Below, in pieces: positions 7,292 through 16,401 of a stretch of 64,000 nucleotides of DNA. Source of the DNA: a virus; the IMG/VR virus record IMGVR_UViG_3300005674_000016, positions 4,577 through 68,576 of that record. One strand, written 5' to 3'. Below the pieces are notes generated by a model. It was not told the origin of the DNA and ran no database searches. It worked only from the letters and a program-made list of their open reading frames with translations. Both the position numbers and the translations under genes were made by a program. Position 1 is the first letter of the stretch. Every line of letters starts with the position of its first letter.

Positions 7292-8705
7292 TGGCACGTT
7301 CCTCCGCGATGGCGGCATAGGTGCGGCCGTCGCCTTCCAGGGTCACAGGGATATCGGGGTGCAGCAAGTGCCACCGCGCGATCGCCAGGTCGACATACTC
7401 AGCGCCGATATCCATGGCGCGGCCACGACGCCCGGCACGCTGGCACGCGAGCAGCGTGGTGCCGGATCCCGAGAAGGGTTCGAGCACGACCTGGTCTGCG
7501 TCCGTGAAGGACTCGATGACGAATTCCGGCAGCTTCACCGGGAAGACCGCGGGATGCTCCGTCTCGATGCCGCGCGCCTTGTGCCGGGTGATGCGCAGCA
7601 CGTTGTCGGGGATGCGCTTGTCCTGCACGCCCTCTCCTGCCGCCGTCCACGTCCCGACGTTGCCCTCCTTGTTGCGCAGCCCGCCCTTCTCCGAGTTGAT
7701 ATGGCCAGCCCATTTGCTGTCGATGATCTTGTTCGGCTTTCGCGCTTCGCGGTTGAAGTGAAAGATGAACTCGAAGCTGGGTGCGAACCGACCATTCCAA
7801 TCGCCCGGCAGCCCCGGCCCCTGATCCCACACATACCAGCCGAACCGTCGCCAGCCCTGCCCGCGCATCCATTCCACCCAGGATTGCCAATAGGGCTGCC
7901 ACTCGCTGTCGCGGTGGATCATACCAAGGTTGACCAGCACCTGGCCGGCTGGCGCGATCGCAGCAGCCGCGGCACCGAACACGCCCTGCATCAGCACATC
8001 CCAATCCCCGATGCCGCCCGTGGTGTAGTTCCGCTGGTGGCCATAGGGCGGAGACGTGAACAGCAGCGCCGCCGGCTCCGCACCGACCAGCCGCGCCATG
8101 TCCTCGGCGCTGGTGCTGTCGCCGCACATGAGCCGATGCTCGCCGAGCAGCCAGACGTCGCCGCGACGCGTCACACGCTGGCGCGGGGGCTCGACGTCCT
8201 GGTCGGCGGGATCCTCCGCATCAGGGTCCGTGGCAGCGGGCGACGGCGGCTCCGGGGCTGGCGCTGCAAGCAGCGCATCGATTTCGGTGGTGTCGAAGCC
8301 GGTCAGGTTGATGTCAAAGTCCATGTCGGCCAGCACTGACAGTTCCGCGGCGAGCAGCGCCTCGTCCCACCCCGAGTTGAGAGCGATCTTGTTGTCTGCC
8401 AGGCGCAGCGCGCGCTTTTGCGCGTCGGACAGCCCATCGCGTCGGATCACCGGCACACGATCCAGACCGAGCAGCTTGGCCGCCAGCGTGCGGCCGTGCC
8501 CGGCGATGATTTCGCCGTGCTCGTCCACCAGGACGGGGTTCACGAACCCGAATTCCCGGATGGACGCTGCGATCTGCTCGACTTGCGCATCGGAGTGCGT
8601 GCGCGCGTTGGCGGCATAGGGCAGCAGGTCTGCCGTGGCGACCTGCTGGATGGCGCGCGCAGCCCATTGCGATGGGGCGGCGACGGAACGAGCGGCGCGG
8701 GCCAT
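7284..8705 (-). CDS. ParB-N domain fused to an N4/N6 DNA methyltransferase (copy B, SPPY)
   Basis: PYAANARTHS...GFVNP...AGHGR...ADN; FTSPPY; HPAVFP; EPFSGSGTT. Confidence 0.92.
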   Translation of the reverse strand: MARAARSVAAPSQWAARAIQQVATADLLPYAANARTHSDAQVEQIAASIREFGFVNPVLVDEHGEIIAGHGRTLAAKLLGLDRVPVIRRDGLSDAQKRALRLADNKIALNSGWDEALLAAELSVLADMDFDINLTGFDTTEIDALLAAPAPEPPSPAATDPDAEDPADQDVEPPRQRVTRRGDVWLLGEHRLMCGDSTSAEDMARLVGAEPAALLFTSPPYGHQRNYTTGGIGDWDVLMQGVFGAAAAAIAPAGQVLVNLGMIHRDSEWQPYWQSWVEWMRGQGWRRFGWYVWDQGPGLPGDWNGRFAPSFEFIFHFNREARKPNKIIDSKWAGHINSEKGGLRNKEGNVGTWTAAGEGVQDKRIPDNVLRITRHKARGIETEHPAVFPVKLPEFVIESFTDADQVVLEPFSGSGTTLLACQRAGRRGRAMDIGAEYVDLAIARWHLLHPDIPVTLEGDGRTYAAIAEERANG

Positions 8706-8739
8706 GGTATCTCCCTGCAGAATTCGACGTGGCTACCTA

Positions 8740-8802
8740 TAAAACCTGTCGACTTCATTCGTCCATGGTGCGATGGTCGCCCTTGCCACGGCAATTGTGC
8801 CG
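8740..8802 (+). promoter_or_regulatory. Early promoter-hairpin cassette, copy 2
   Basis: TAAAACCTG; TCGACT (8749-8754); 17 nt; GATGGT (8772-8777); 11 nt; CGGCA-ATTG-TGCCG (8789-8802). Confidence 0.8.
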
Positions 8803-8823
8803 GGCGCAGACAGGATGACCCGC

Positions 8824-9879
8824 ATGGCTCACGAGATCGACACCACCACCGGCCGCGCCGCGATGGCGTACATCGGCCAGACGCCCTGGCACGGCCTGGG
8901 CCGGCGCCTCGAGGAGGGCGCCACCATCGAGACCTGGCAGCAGGCGGCCGGGATGGAGTGGGAGGTGCTCCGCAGCAAGGTCCGCTTCGCCATCGAGCAG
9001 GACGGCACCGGCGAGCGCGTCTGGAATGACAAGCACGTCCTCTTCCGCAGCGACACGAAAATGCCGCTCGGGGTGGTGAGCAGCAGCTACTGCACGGTTC
9101 AGCCGAAGGAGGTGCTCGAATTTTTCCGCGACCTCACCAGCGGCATGGGGTTCACGCTGGAGACGGCCGGGTGCCTCTTCCAGGGACGGCGCTTCTGGGC
9201 GCTGGCCCGGGTCACGGGCGACGTCGCCATGATCGACCCCGAGGACAAGGTCGGCGGCTACCTGCTGCTCAGCACCAGCGCGGACGGCACCCTGGCGACC
9301 AGCGCGCGCTTCACGACCATCCGGGTGGTCTGCAACAACACGCTCAGCGTCGCCATCAACGGCAAGCCCGGCTACAGCCTGCCGCACAGCACCACCTTCA
9401 ACGCCGACACCGCGAAGATGGAGTTGGGGCTGAAGGCTGAGACGCTGGTCGGAGGCTTCGCGAGCGCCATGGACATGCTGCGCCGGCTGGCCGCCAAGCC
9501 GATCACCGCCCTCGACGCCGCGGACGCCACGCTGCGCCTCTTCAACCCCGATCTCGACACCATGACGACTGCGGAGCGGGAGAAGGCTGCCAAGGCGCGG
9601 AACGTGCAGACGGTGCGGGATCTGGCGGCCGGCATCGGGCTGATCGGCGCGGACATGCGCGGGGGCAGCGGCACCGCCTGGGGCTGGCTCAACGCGGTCA
9701 CCCAGCACGTCGACCACGAGAAGAAGACGAAGACCCAGGACCGCCGCCTGGACAGCGCCTGGTTCGGCCCGGGCGACATCCTCAAGCGCCGCGCGCTCGG
9801 CATCGCCACGGAGATGGCGACCGGCACTGCCGCCGCCGAGGTCGAGACGGTCGACGATCGCGAGATGGTCGAAGTCTGA
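8824..9879 (+). CDS. DUF932 family phage/plasmid protein
   Basis: MAHEID...PWHGLG, LGVVS..Y..VQ, ETAG.L..GRRFWALA, YLLLSTS.DG, T.IRVVCNNTL, GTAWG.LNAVT..VDH. Confidence 0.92.
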   Translation: MAHEIDTTTGRAAMAYIGQTPWHGLGRRLEEGATIETWQQAAGMEWEVLRSKVRFAIEQDGTGERVWNDKHVLFRSDTKMPLGVVSSSYCTVQPKEVLEFFRDLTSGMGFTLETAGCLFQGRRFWALARVTGDVAMIDPEDKVGGYLLLSTSADGTLATSARFTTIRVVCNNTLSVAINGKPGYSLPHSTTFNADTAKMELGLKAETLVGGFASAMDMLRRLAAKPITALDAADATLRLFNPDLDTMTTAEREKAAKARNVQTVRDLAAGIGLIGADMRGGSGTAWGWLNAVTQHVDHEKKTKTQDRRLDSAWFGPGDILKRRALGIATEMATGTAAAEVETVDDREMVEV

Positions 9880-9895
9880 AGCCTGAACCTGCCCA

Positions 9896-9917
9896 GGGGC
9901 GGCAATGGTGCCGCCCC
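9896..9917 (+). promoter_or_regulatory. Stand-alone copy of the cassette hairpin with an extended 9-bp stem
   Basis: GGGGCGGCA-ATGG-TGCCGCCCC, then GAAGGA RBS and ATG 9935. Confidence 0.7.
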
Positions 9918-9934
9918 AGCGAAGGACCACTGAC

Positions 9935-10123
9935 ATGATCCACACTGGATTTCCGCCCAGCGCGACCGAAGCCCTGCTCTGGCTTCGCCGCGCCGTGTGC
10001 CGGGACCGCCCCGCGCTGATGCTGGCCGCATTCCGGCCGCCGGCGCCCAAGCCGCTGCCCGGCCGGCCGCCCACGCCGCGTCCCACGGCGCCCACGGCGC
10101 CCCTCAGCCGGGAGGGCGCGTAG
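9935..10123 (+). CDS. Small Pro-rich hypothetical protein
   Basis: RBS after the hairpin; stop abuts the next ATG. Confidence 0.5.
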   Translation: MIHTGFPPSATEALLWLRRAVCRDRPALMLAAFRPPAPKPLPGRPPTPRPTAPTAPLSREGA

Positions 10124-10384
10124 ATGGCGCGCCGCAGCCCCAAACCCCTGCCAGCGGCCACCCTGGCGCGTCTGGTGCGCGTGGTGGGCTGCCGCCAGGT
10201 CGGCTACGGCGTCGAGGTCCACGGGCTGCTCGGCACCGACGAATTGCAGACGAACAGCCTGCCCCTGGCCCGCGCGCTTTGCCGCACCGTGCGCGAGTTC
10301 GTGCGAGCCATGCCGCCCGCGCGCCAGCGTCGCGCTTTCGACCGCCGCGACCTCGAGCTCGCACAGCTGGGGCGCCAGCCGTGA
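10124..10384 (+). CDS. Hypothetical protein (86 aa)
   Basis: GGAGG RBS; operon packing. Confidence 0.6.
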   Translation: MARRSPKPLPAATLARLVRVVGCRQVGYGVEVHGLLGTDELQTNSLPLARALCRTVREFVRAMPPARQRRAFDRRDLELAQLGRQP

Positions 10385-10416
10385 CCACCCCCTTCATCGC
10401 CAAGGAGCACCACGCC

Positions 10417-10707
10417 ATGAGCGCGACCGCGCTGGCCATCACGCCGATCCCCCCGGATGCGCACATCGTCTCGCTGCGGACCGGCTCTCTGAGCCACATC
10501 AGCGCGCACGAAATCACGGAGAGGCTCGGCATCGAGCCGACTCGCAACACCATCGAAGGCCAGTGCGACCACACCTGGCGGTTCCGGGTCGGCGAGCACG
10601 ACTGCTCGATCTGGGATATGAAAGGTTCTGGCCAGTTCCGCATGTGGTCGACCTGCGGGCCCGCGGAGATCTTCACCGCCATCTTCGGGTGGAGAGCGGT
10701 CGGATGA
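10417..10707 (+). CDS. Hypothetical protein (96 aa)
   Basis: AAGGAG RBS; ATGA overlap with the next ORF. Confidence 0.7.
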   Translation: MSATALAITPIPPDAHIVSLRTGSLSHISAHEITERLGIEPTRNTIEGQCDHTWRFRVGEHDCSIWDMKGSGQFRMWSTCGPAEIFTAIFGWRAVG

Positions 10708-11081
10708 GCACGAAGCCCATCATCCCGGTGACCACCACCCTGGAAGCGCTGCTCGAAGAGTGCGTGCGCGACGCACCCGACATGGTTCTGCTGAACGACT
10801 GGCGCGGCATGGCCCTGCGGTTCTCGCGCCGCCTCGAGGAAAGCGGGCTGGTGATCCAGCGCCGGCGCGTCGATGCCGACGACCGCGCACAGATCGCGGG
10901 CCCCATTCGTCGCGGCGAGATGGTCGTGGCCGTTGCGGACGGCCCCCATCAGGCGATCGTGCTCTCGACCGGCGTGGAGATGCGCAGCTTGCCGCCGGAA
11001 CTGGCCAAGACGCTCTGGCGCGACATGCTGGACCAGGCGATCGCGGATCTGGCGCAAGCACAGGAGAGGAAGACGTCATGA
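10704..11081 (+). CDS. Hypothetical protein (125 aa)
   Basis: ATGA-coupled on both sides. Confidence 0.7.
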   Translation: MSTKPIIPVTTTLEALLEECVRDAPDMVLLNDWRGMALRFSRRLEESGLVIQRRRVDADDRAQIAGPIRRGEMVVAVADGPHQAIVLSTGVEMRSLPPELAKTLWRDMLDQAIADLAQAQERKTS

Positions 11082-11254
11082 CGATCAGCGAGGTGCTGGT
11101 GCAGATCTGCGCAGTGGTGGTGGCTTTCGCGCTCGTCGTGCGGGCGTTGCTCCTGATCCAACAGTCGTCGGAATGGGAGGCGCTTTATGCATTTGGCGCG
11201 GCGGTTGCGTTCCTCTGCGCCGCGCGCATTCTGGCAGAAGGGGGAAGGTCATGA
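11078..11254 (+). CDS. Small protein with two predicted membrane spans
   Basis: VLVQICAVVVAFALVVRALLLI and ALYAFGAAVAFLCAA hydrophobic stretches. Confidence 0.6.
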   Translation: MTISEVLVQICAVVVAFALVVRALLLIQQSSEWEALYAFGAAVAFLCAARILAEGGRS

Positions 11255-11736
11255 CCTGGTTGCCCCTCGAGCCCTATCGCTACACGGGCCATTCCCGCGC
11301 GCTGCGGCCGGCGTGCACGGCCAGCATCAGCCTCGGCCGCAAAGCCGCGCCCGGCGGTCCCGAGCAGCGCATGCGGCTGCAGCTGATGTTCCGCACCGCG
11401 CTGATCCCCAACCATCCGCACTGGATGGCGATCGGTGAGTCCTGCTTGATTTCCGCGGGATGGGACCAGGACCACGGCAGCCTGCGCCTGGAGACGGGCC
11501 GGCTCTACAAGGTCGCCAGGCTGGGCGGCCGCACTGACACGGGGGCGGTGCGCATCATCGTGCCGCTGCCGCAGACGCTGCTCGCCACACCGCGCAAGCC
11601 GGTTGCGGTGCAGATGCGCCAGGAAGGGCAAGCCGTCATCGTGACGCTGCCCGTCGAGTGGCGCGCGCCAGTCGCCACCATGGCCCAGGCGCGCGCGCGA
11701 GTGATGCAGGCAGGTGGCCGGGGGATGTTCGCATGA
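11251..11736 (+). CDS. Hypothetical protein (161 aa)
   Basis: ATGA-coupled; codon usage. Confidence 0.65.
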   Translation: MTWLPLEPYRYTGHSRALRPACTASISLGRKAAPGGPEQRMRLQLMFRTALIPNHPHWMAIGESCLISAGWDQDHGSLRLETGRLYKVARLGGRTDTGAVRIIVPLPQTLLATPRKPVAVQMRQEGQAVIVTLPVEWRAPVATMAQARARVMQAGGRGMFA

Positions 11737-12377
11737 CCGCCGACCTGCCAATGCCCACCCGCCTGGCGCACCTGCCGCGCACGCCAGCCGGGCTGCCGAT
11801 CCCCTGGTTCGTGGCGTGGGAGGGCGCGCGCTACGACTTCCGCGTCGTCGACGCGCGCAAGATCCCGCATGCCGTGAAGAGACGGCTGTGCTGGCTGTGC
11901 GGCCAGGAAATGGGCCGGATGATGTGCTTCGTGGTCGGCCCGATGTGCGTCGTCAACCGCGTGAGCAGCGAGCCGCCAATGCACCGAGAATGCGCTGAGT
12001 ATGCCCTGCGCGCATGCCCGTTCCTGACTGAGCCCAGCCGGGAGCGGCGCGAGGGGGGCGGCTTGATGCCGCACGAGCCGGGGATGGCCGGCACGCCGAT
12101 CCTGCGCAACCCTGGCGTCTCGGCGCTCTACGTGACCCGCAGCTACACGGTTGCGAACGTGCCGGGCGGGGTGCTGTTCGACATGGGGCCACCCGAGGAA
12201 GTGGCGTGGTGGTCGGAGGGGCGCGCTGCCACGCGCGCGGAGGTGGAGCGCTCGATCGCCACCGGGCTGCCGATCCTCGAGGCCGAAGCCGACCGCGACG
12301 GCGTCGAGGCGCACGCGGCGCTGGCCGGCGCGGTGGTGCAAGCCATGCGGCTGCTGCCGGCGGGAGACACGCCGTGA
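11733..12377 (+). CDS. Conserved phage protein with putative Zn ligands
   Basis: GLPIPWFV, CWLCG, EPPMH.ECA.YA...CPFL. Confidence 0.75.
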   Translation: MTADLPMPTRLAHLPRTPAGLPIPWFVAWEGARYDFRVVDARKIPHAVKRRLCWLCGQEMGRMMCFVVGPMCVVNRVSSEPPMHRECAEYALRACPFLTEPSRERREGGGLMPHEPGMAGTPILRNPGVSALYVTRSYTVANVPGGVLFDMGPPEEVAWWSEGRAATRAEVERSIATGLPILEAEADRDGVEAHAALAGAVVQAMRLLPAGDTP

Positions 12378-13222
12378 TGGACCTGGTGAAGAAGGACTCC
12401 ATCAAGGAGCTGATCGGCCATCGCGATCGCGCGCTCGAGCTGTACCTGCAGGGGTTTCGCACCCTGGTGGCGGCGGTCGCGGCTCATCGGCGCGCGTGCG
12501 TGGGGAAGAAGCACATCGATGGGCTGCACTGGGAGGCGCTGCGCTTCATCCACATGGAGACGCGCCAGCGCGACGAGGACCAGTTCATGGCCAAGCAGCT
12601 GGCGGCGGTCGACGGCAACATGTGGCGCGCGTTGCTGGTCAGCACGCCCCTGGCCAGCCTGATGGACAAGCAGGAGCGCGATGCATTCGAGAAGGGGTTG
12701 GAGAACCCGCCGCCGATCACCATCGAGACTGTCATGGCCACATTCCAGCGGCTGGCCGGCGATGCACAGACCATCTTTCGCCGGGGGCTGGTCGAGGCGT
12801 TTCGCAACCTCTCGCGCCAGCACGCCAGCAACGACGGGTTCAGCGTGGGGCCGCGCATGGTGGTCAAGCGCATCGTGCGGGTGGTGCGGATGAGCGGGGG
12901 CGGCGAGTGGGTGTCGACGGACGAGTGGGGCACGCAGCACTTGCGCGACGTCGATCGCGTGCTCCACGTCCTGTCTGGTCGCAAGCCGCCCGAGCACATG
13001 CAGGGAATCGTCCAGCAGGTGTGGGAGGCGATCGGCCGGAAAGAGTGGGAAGCCAGCACGGACCTGGTGCGGGTGAAGTGGCACAAGAACGGCAATGGCC
13101 ATCTGTGGATCCTGGACGAGAAGCTGCGCCAGGACGTCAACCGCGAGATCGCCGCGTTCTTCGGCTCGGCGCTGGGTGCCGCGCCGGCGCGGCCCAGGAG
13201 TGCGCAGCATGCCAACCACTGA
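12377..13222 (+). CDS. DUF4942-like protein
   Basis: VDGNMWRALL...LMD...F...ITIETV.ATF, RGLVEAF..LS, L.DVDRVL..L.G, VKWHKNGNGHL. Confidence 0.8.
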   Translation: MDLVKKDSIKELIGHRDRALELYLQGFRTLVAAVAAHRRACVGKKHIDGLHWEALRFIHMETRQRDEDQFMAKQLAAVDGNMWRALLVSTPLASLMDKQERDAFEKGLENPPPITIETVMATFQRLAGDAQTIFRRGLVEAFRNLSRQHASNDGFSVGPRMVVKRIVRVVRMSGGGEWVSTDEWGTQHLRDVDRVLHVLSGRKPPEHMQGIVQQVWEAIGRKEWEASTDLVRVKWHKNGNGHLWILDEKLRQDVNREIAAFFGSALGAAPARPRSAQHANH

Positions 13223-13493
13223 TGGACGAATGACCGCGGAGGAATTCCGCGACGCTCTGGCGCTGCTCGACATGTCGGTGGCGTCGTTCTCCGAACTCCT
13301 GGTGGCGCTGGGCGACACGGCCAAGGTGCGCACGGTGCAGCGCTGGGCGGCCGGCACGCAGGATATCCCAGGCGCGGTGGTCGCCCTTCTGCAGCTGCTG
13401 GTGCTGCTGCAGGACGTGCCCGGCATCACGCCGGTCGATGTGCGAGCGTGGGCCGACGATGCGGCTTCGCCAGAAAACGACGCGGGAAGCTAA
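13209..13493 (+). CDS. Small XRE/Aca-like HTH regulator
   Basis: MTAEEFRDALALLDMSVASFSELL....KVRTVQRWAAGTQDIPGAVVALL; AGGAG RBS; last gene of the cassette-2 operon. Confidence 0.75.
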   Translation: MPTTDGRMTAEEFRDALALLDMSVASFSELLVALGDTAKVRTVQRWAAGTQDIPGAVVALLQLLVLLQDVPGITPVDVRAWADDAASPENDAGS

Positions 13494-13555
13494 AAAACCC
13501 GTCGACTTCATCCGTGCGACTGAGCATAGTGCTCCTGCGAACGGCGATTGTGCCG
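13491..13555 (+). promoter_or_regulatory. Early promoter-hairpin cassette, copy 3
   Basis: TAAAAAACCCG; TCGACT (13502-13507); 17 nt; CATAGT (13525-13530); 11 nt; CGGCG-ATTG-TGCCG (13542-13555). Confidence 0.8.
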
Positions 13556-13575
13556 ACGCAGAGACGGAGGGCCAC

Positions 13576-13785
13576 ATGGCCGAGACCATCCGCAACCACC
13601 CCGCATTCGGTCGCCTGGTGCAGCTCGAGGCGCAGCGCCGGCGCATGGTGCGCCGCCCCGGCGGCCGCGCCGCCCTGGCCGCGAATTCGGCCGCGTGCTT
13701 CGCCGCCGAGCAGGAGATCCTGCGGGCCACCGGCTGCACCTTCAACCAGCTGACCGCGGCGGTGCTGACCGCTGGGAGGGCCTGA
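13576..13785 (+). CDS. Small hypothetical early protein (69 aa)
   Basis: GGAGG RBS after cassette 3. Confidence 0.7.
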   Translation: MAETIRNHPAFGRLVQLEAQRRRMVRRPGGRAALAANSAACFAAEQEILRATGCTFNQLTAAVLTAGRA

Positions 13786-13788
13786 GCC

Positions 13789-14220
13789 ATGGACATGGCA
13801 CCGGCTCACCGCTTCCCCACGCCGGCGGCCGCGCGCTCCTTCGCGCTGGCCGGCAAGGCGGTACTCACCCTGCAGTCGGAGCGCACCGGGGTGCATTTCA
13901 CCTACCAGGTCAAGCGCGCCAAGGCCGACAAGCCGCTCTGGTACGTGTCGGTCCTCAACGGGCCCGACCGCTTCGCCTACATGGCAGTCCTCGACGAGCG
14001 CGGCCCGCGCGCCACCCGCAAAAGCAGGGTCGACGCGGCAGCCCCGGCGTTCCGCGCCTTCGCCTACTGGTGGCAGCACACCGCTGCCGACAAGCCGGCG
14101 CCGCATTGCATCGCGCGGCACGAGGGCCGCTGCGGGCGCTGCCACCGCGCGCTGACCCACCCCGAGAGCCTGGACGCCGGCATCGGCCCCGAGTGCGCCA
14201 GCAAGCTGGAGTGCGCGTGA
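13789..14220 (+). CDS. DUF6011-like zinc-ribbon protein
   Basis: C-terminal CGRCHRALTHPESLDAGIGPEC. Confidence 0.8.
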   Translation: MDMAPAHRFPTPAAARSFALAGKAVLTLQSERTGVHFTYQVKRAKADKPLWYVSVLNGPDRFAYMAVLDERGPRATRKSRVDAAAPAFRAFAYWWQHTAADKPAPHCIARHEGRCGRCHRALTHPESLDAGIGPECASKLECA

Positions 14221-14444
14221 TGGGCATCAACGGGGCCATCGGCCGCGCCAGGACCATGGCCAGGATCCGTCGCAATCACCTGCGCGACGCGGAGAAGGCC
14301 GGGATCGACACCACCGACCGCCGCGCGCTGAACAGCTACCTGCGCGAGAAGTCGAAGCAGATGCTGCTCGGCATCGGCGATCGAGCGCGGTGCCGCTGCG
14401 GCGGCGACAACCACGACGTCATCACCAGGACCACGGGGATATAG
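14220..14444 (+). CDS. Small hypothetical protein
   Basis: TGATG coupling. Confidence 0.55.
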   Translation: MGINGAIGRARTMARIRRNHLRDAEKAGIDTTDRRALNSYLREKSKQMLLGIGDRARCRCGGDNHDVITRTTGI

Positions 14445-14446
14445 CC

Positions 14447-14623
14447 ATGGACTTCTTTCACGTCTGCAACCGCGGGGCTCGCCGATCGCTCTACGACGCC
14501 CGCGGCATTTTCTGCTGCTACATCTGCCCCGTGTGCGAGGCCGACAAGCGCGCGCTCTGGCGTCCCGAGGTGCTGACCGATCCCGCATACGAAGCCAAGG
14601 AGGCGATCGACGATGAGCTCTAA
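14447..14623 (+). CDS. Small Cys-rich protein (YDARGIFCCYICPVC)
   Basis: 58-aa ORF with an acidic C-terminus. Confidence 0.65.
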   Translation: MDFFHVCNRGARRSLYDARGIFCCYICPVCEADKRALWRPEVLTDPAYEAKEAIDDEL

Positions 14624-14870
14624 TCCGTTCTCCAGTCGCATGCCGCTGCGCCAGCTGCGGGCGATCGCCGCGATCTACAGCGGGCGCGTCGACACGGCGG
14701 CTGCGCCGGCGGCATACGCTCTGCGCGGCGACGGCGCAGTGCATTTTCTCGCGTTCGACCGCGACGGCGCCGTCGACCGATTCCTTGTCGACGCGTGGGT
14801 TCACCAGGTGCGCCAAGCAGCCATCACGCGGCAGAGCGTCCTCGATTACAAACTGAAGCGCGGGGCTTAA
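14613..14870 (+). CDS. Hypothetical protein (85 aa)
   Basis: AAGGAGG RBS; stop TAA is the start of the cassette-4 A-tract. Confidence 0.6.
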   Translation: MSSNPFSSRMPLRQLRAIAAIYSGRVDTAAAPAAYALRGDGAVHFLAFDRDGAVDRFLVDAWVHQVRQAAITRQSVLDYKLKRGA

Positions 14871-14930
14871 AAACCCCTCGACATCCACACGAACATCGAG
14901 CATGGTCCTGTTGTCGCGGCGATTGTGCCG
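14868..14930 (+). promoter_or_regulatory. Early promoter-hairpin cassette, copy 4
   Basis: TAAAAACCCC; TCGACA (14878-14883); 17 nt; CATGGT (14901-14906); 10 nt; CGGCG-ATTG-TGCCG (14917-14930). Confidence 0.8.
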
Positions 14931-14950
14931 GGCAAGCACGGGAAGCCCCC

Positions 14951-15133
14951 ATGACCTACCTGACCCCCTCGCAGATCGAGCGTCGCGCGGAACTCGCGAT
15001 GGACGCTTTGGGTCGCCGGCTGATGGCCGGCACCATCACCCAGGTCGCCTACGACGCCGCGGTCAAGGCGCTGGACGCCGAGACCGAGCGCCTCTGGCGC
15101 ACCGCGCAGTTCACCATCGACAAGGCCTATTGA
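14951..15133 (+). CDS. Small hypothetical early protein (60 aa)
   Basis: First ORF after cassette 4. Confidence 0.65.
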   Translation: MTYLTPSQIERRAELAMDALGRRLMAGTITQVAYDAAVKALDAETERLWRTAQFTIDKAY

Positions 15134-15135
15134 CC

Positions 15136-15312
15136 ATGGACGCTCTGCACACCGAATACGACAACGCTCGCCGCGCCTATCGCGCGGCGTGGCGCACCTA
15201 CCAGGAGGCCAGCGGGCCGCACTTCCTGCCGGCCATGGACGCTTGGATTGCCGCCGATCGCGAGGTGAAGCGCATCGAGGCGCTGCTGGCCGCGGCCAGG
15301 AAGGCCGCCTGA
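15136..15312 (+). CDS. Small helical hypothetical protein (58 aa)
   Basis: TGACCATG spacing; codon usage. Confidence 0.6.
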   Translation: MDALHTEYDNARRAYRAAWRTYQEASGPHFLPAMDAWIAADREVKRIEALLAAARKAA

Positions 15313-15314
15313 CC

Positions 15315-15614
15315 ATGGCAATCACCCCTGGTCCCTGGCGGTTCGACGGACGCCGCTGGATCCGCGACGCGGCTGGCATCGGTGTCCTGCGCGTGCAGAT
15401 CGGCGCCAGCACCGACGACGCGCGCGCAGCAGCGGCCGCGCCGGCGCTGCTGGAGGCGCTCAAGCTGGCTGAGTCCTTCATGGCCGGCTTCGAAGGCGAC
15501 GAGATGCAGGATGGCATCGACGAGCGGCTCGCCACGATCCGGGCTGCCATCCTTGCCGCGGAGCCCTACGAGGAGTCGCCGGGCGCGACCACCAACACTG
15601 GAGGAACACCATGA
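15315..15614 (+). CDS. Phage protein of the TPGPW...AAAP.LLEAL type
   Basis: Common phage motif TPGPW / AAAPALLEALK. Confidence 0.7.
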   Translation: MAITPGPWRFDGRRWIRDAAGIGVLRVQIGASTDDARAAAAAPALLEALKLAESFMAGFEGDEMQDGIDERLATIRAAILAAEPYEESPGATTNTGGTP

Positions 15615-16087
15615 GCACGGAAGACCCGGGCGCGCCCACGCCCTTCGCCAAGTATGGCATCGGCGATCTGTTCGCATCGACGCGCGACGAGCCCGACGAC
15701 GATCACACTGGCCGCGTGCGCGTCACGCCGGCTGGCTCCATATGGGAGGTCCGGTCGATCGACCGCTACGTGTACGAGGGCGGCAGCGTCTGCGCGTACA
15801 CGCTGGTCTGCCCGGCCACCGGCGGCTGCATCACGCCCTACGCCCCGATCGAGGGCGAGCCCTACGGCCATCCGCGCGACGAGATGGCCGACTTCCTGCC
15901 GCTGGACCTGCCCGGCCAGACCTGGCCCACGCTGCGGCTGCAGCTGCGCGCGCTCTGCGAGGTGAAGGATGCGGTGGTGGAGAGTTGGTCCGACGAAGGC
16001 GACCCAATCGAGCAGCAGGACGAGGCCATGCTCACGATCACCAACGAGTTGCGCAAGGCGGCTTTGCTGCCAGAGGATCCGGCATGA
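15611..16087 (+). CDS. Acidic hypothetical protein (158 aa)
   Basis: GGAGG RBS; ATGA coupling. Confidence 0.7.
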   Translation: MSTEDPGAPTPFAKYGIGDLFASTRDEPDDDHTGRVRVTPAGSIWEVRSIDRYVYEGGSVCAYTLVCPATGGCITPYAPIEGEPYGHPRDEMADFLPLDLPGQTWPTLRLQLRALCEVKDAVVESWSDEGDPIEQQDEAMLTITNELRKAALLPEDPA

Positions 16088-16401
16088 GCGCCACCACCAA
16101 TTGCCCGGCGGGGCGCTGGCGCGGCGAGGAAAAGCGTCGCGCCATGACCGCCACCAGCCTGCGCTGGCACGCCCACCCGGAGCGGCTGACGCTGCTGAAC
16201 GGTCACCACGTCATGGCCACCATCACCAGCAATGGCGCGCGCGGCCGGGACGCTCGCTGGCTGCTCGAGGTGCGCGGCTGGCAGTGGCGGGATCCCGCAG
16301 GCGGGCGGCAATACCTGGACCGGAAGTCCTTCGCCACCCAGATCGGCGCTCAGCTTGAGGCTGACGACATCATCGAAGCAGCCGGGGAGTTTCAAGGGTG
16401 A
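16084..16401 (+). CDS. Hypothetical protein (alternative start 16144)
   Basis: Coupled to both neighbours. Confidence 0.55.
   Translation: MSATTNCPAGRWRGEEKRRAMTATSLRWHAHPERLTLLNGHHVMATITSNGARGRDARWLLEVRGWQWRDPAGGRQYLDRKSFATQIGAQLEADDIIEAAGEFQG

Noticed and set aside
3471-14930. Cassette repeats as a CRISPR array or DGR template/variable repeats
   Set aside because: The copies are kilobases apart, have promoter geometry, and no cas or reverse transcriptase gene is present.
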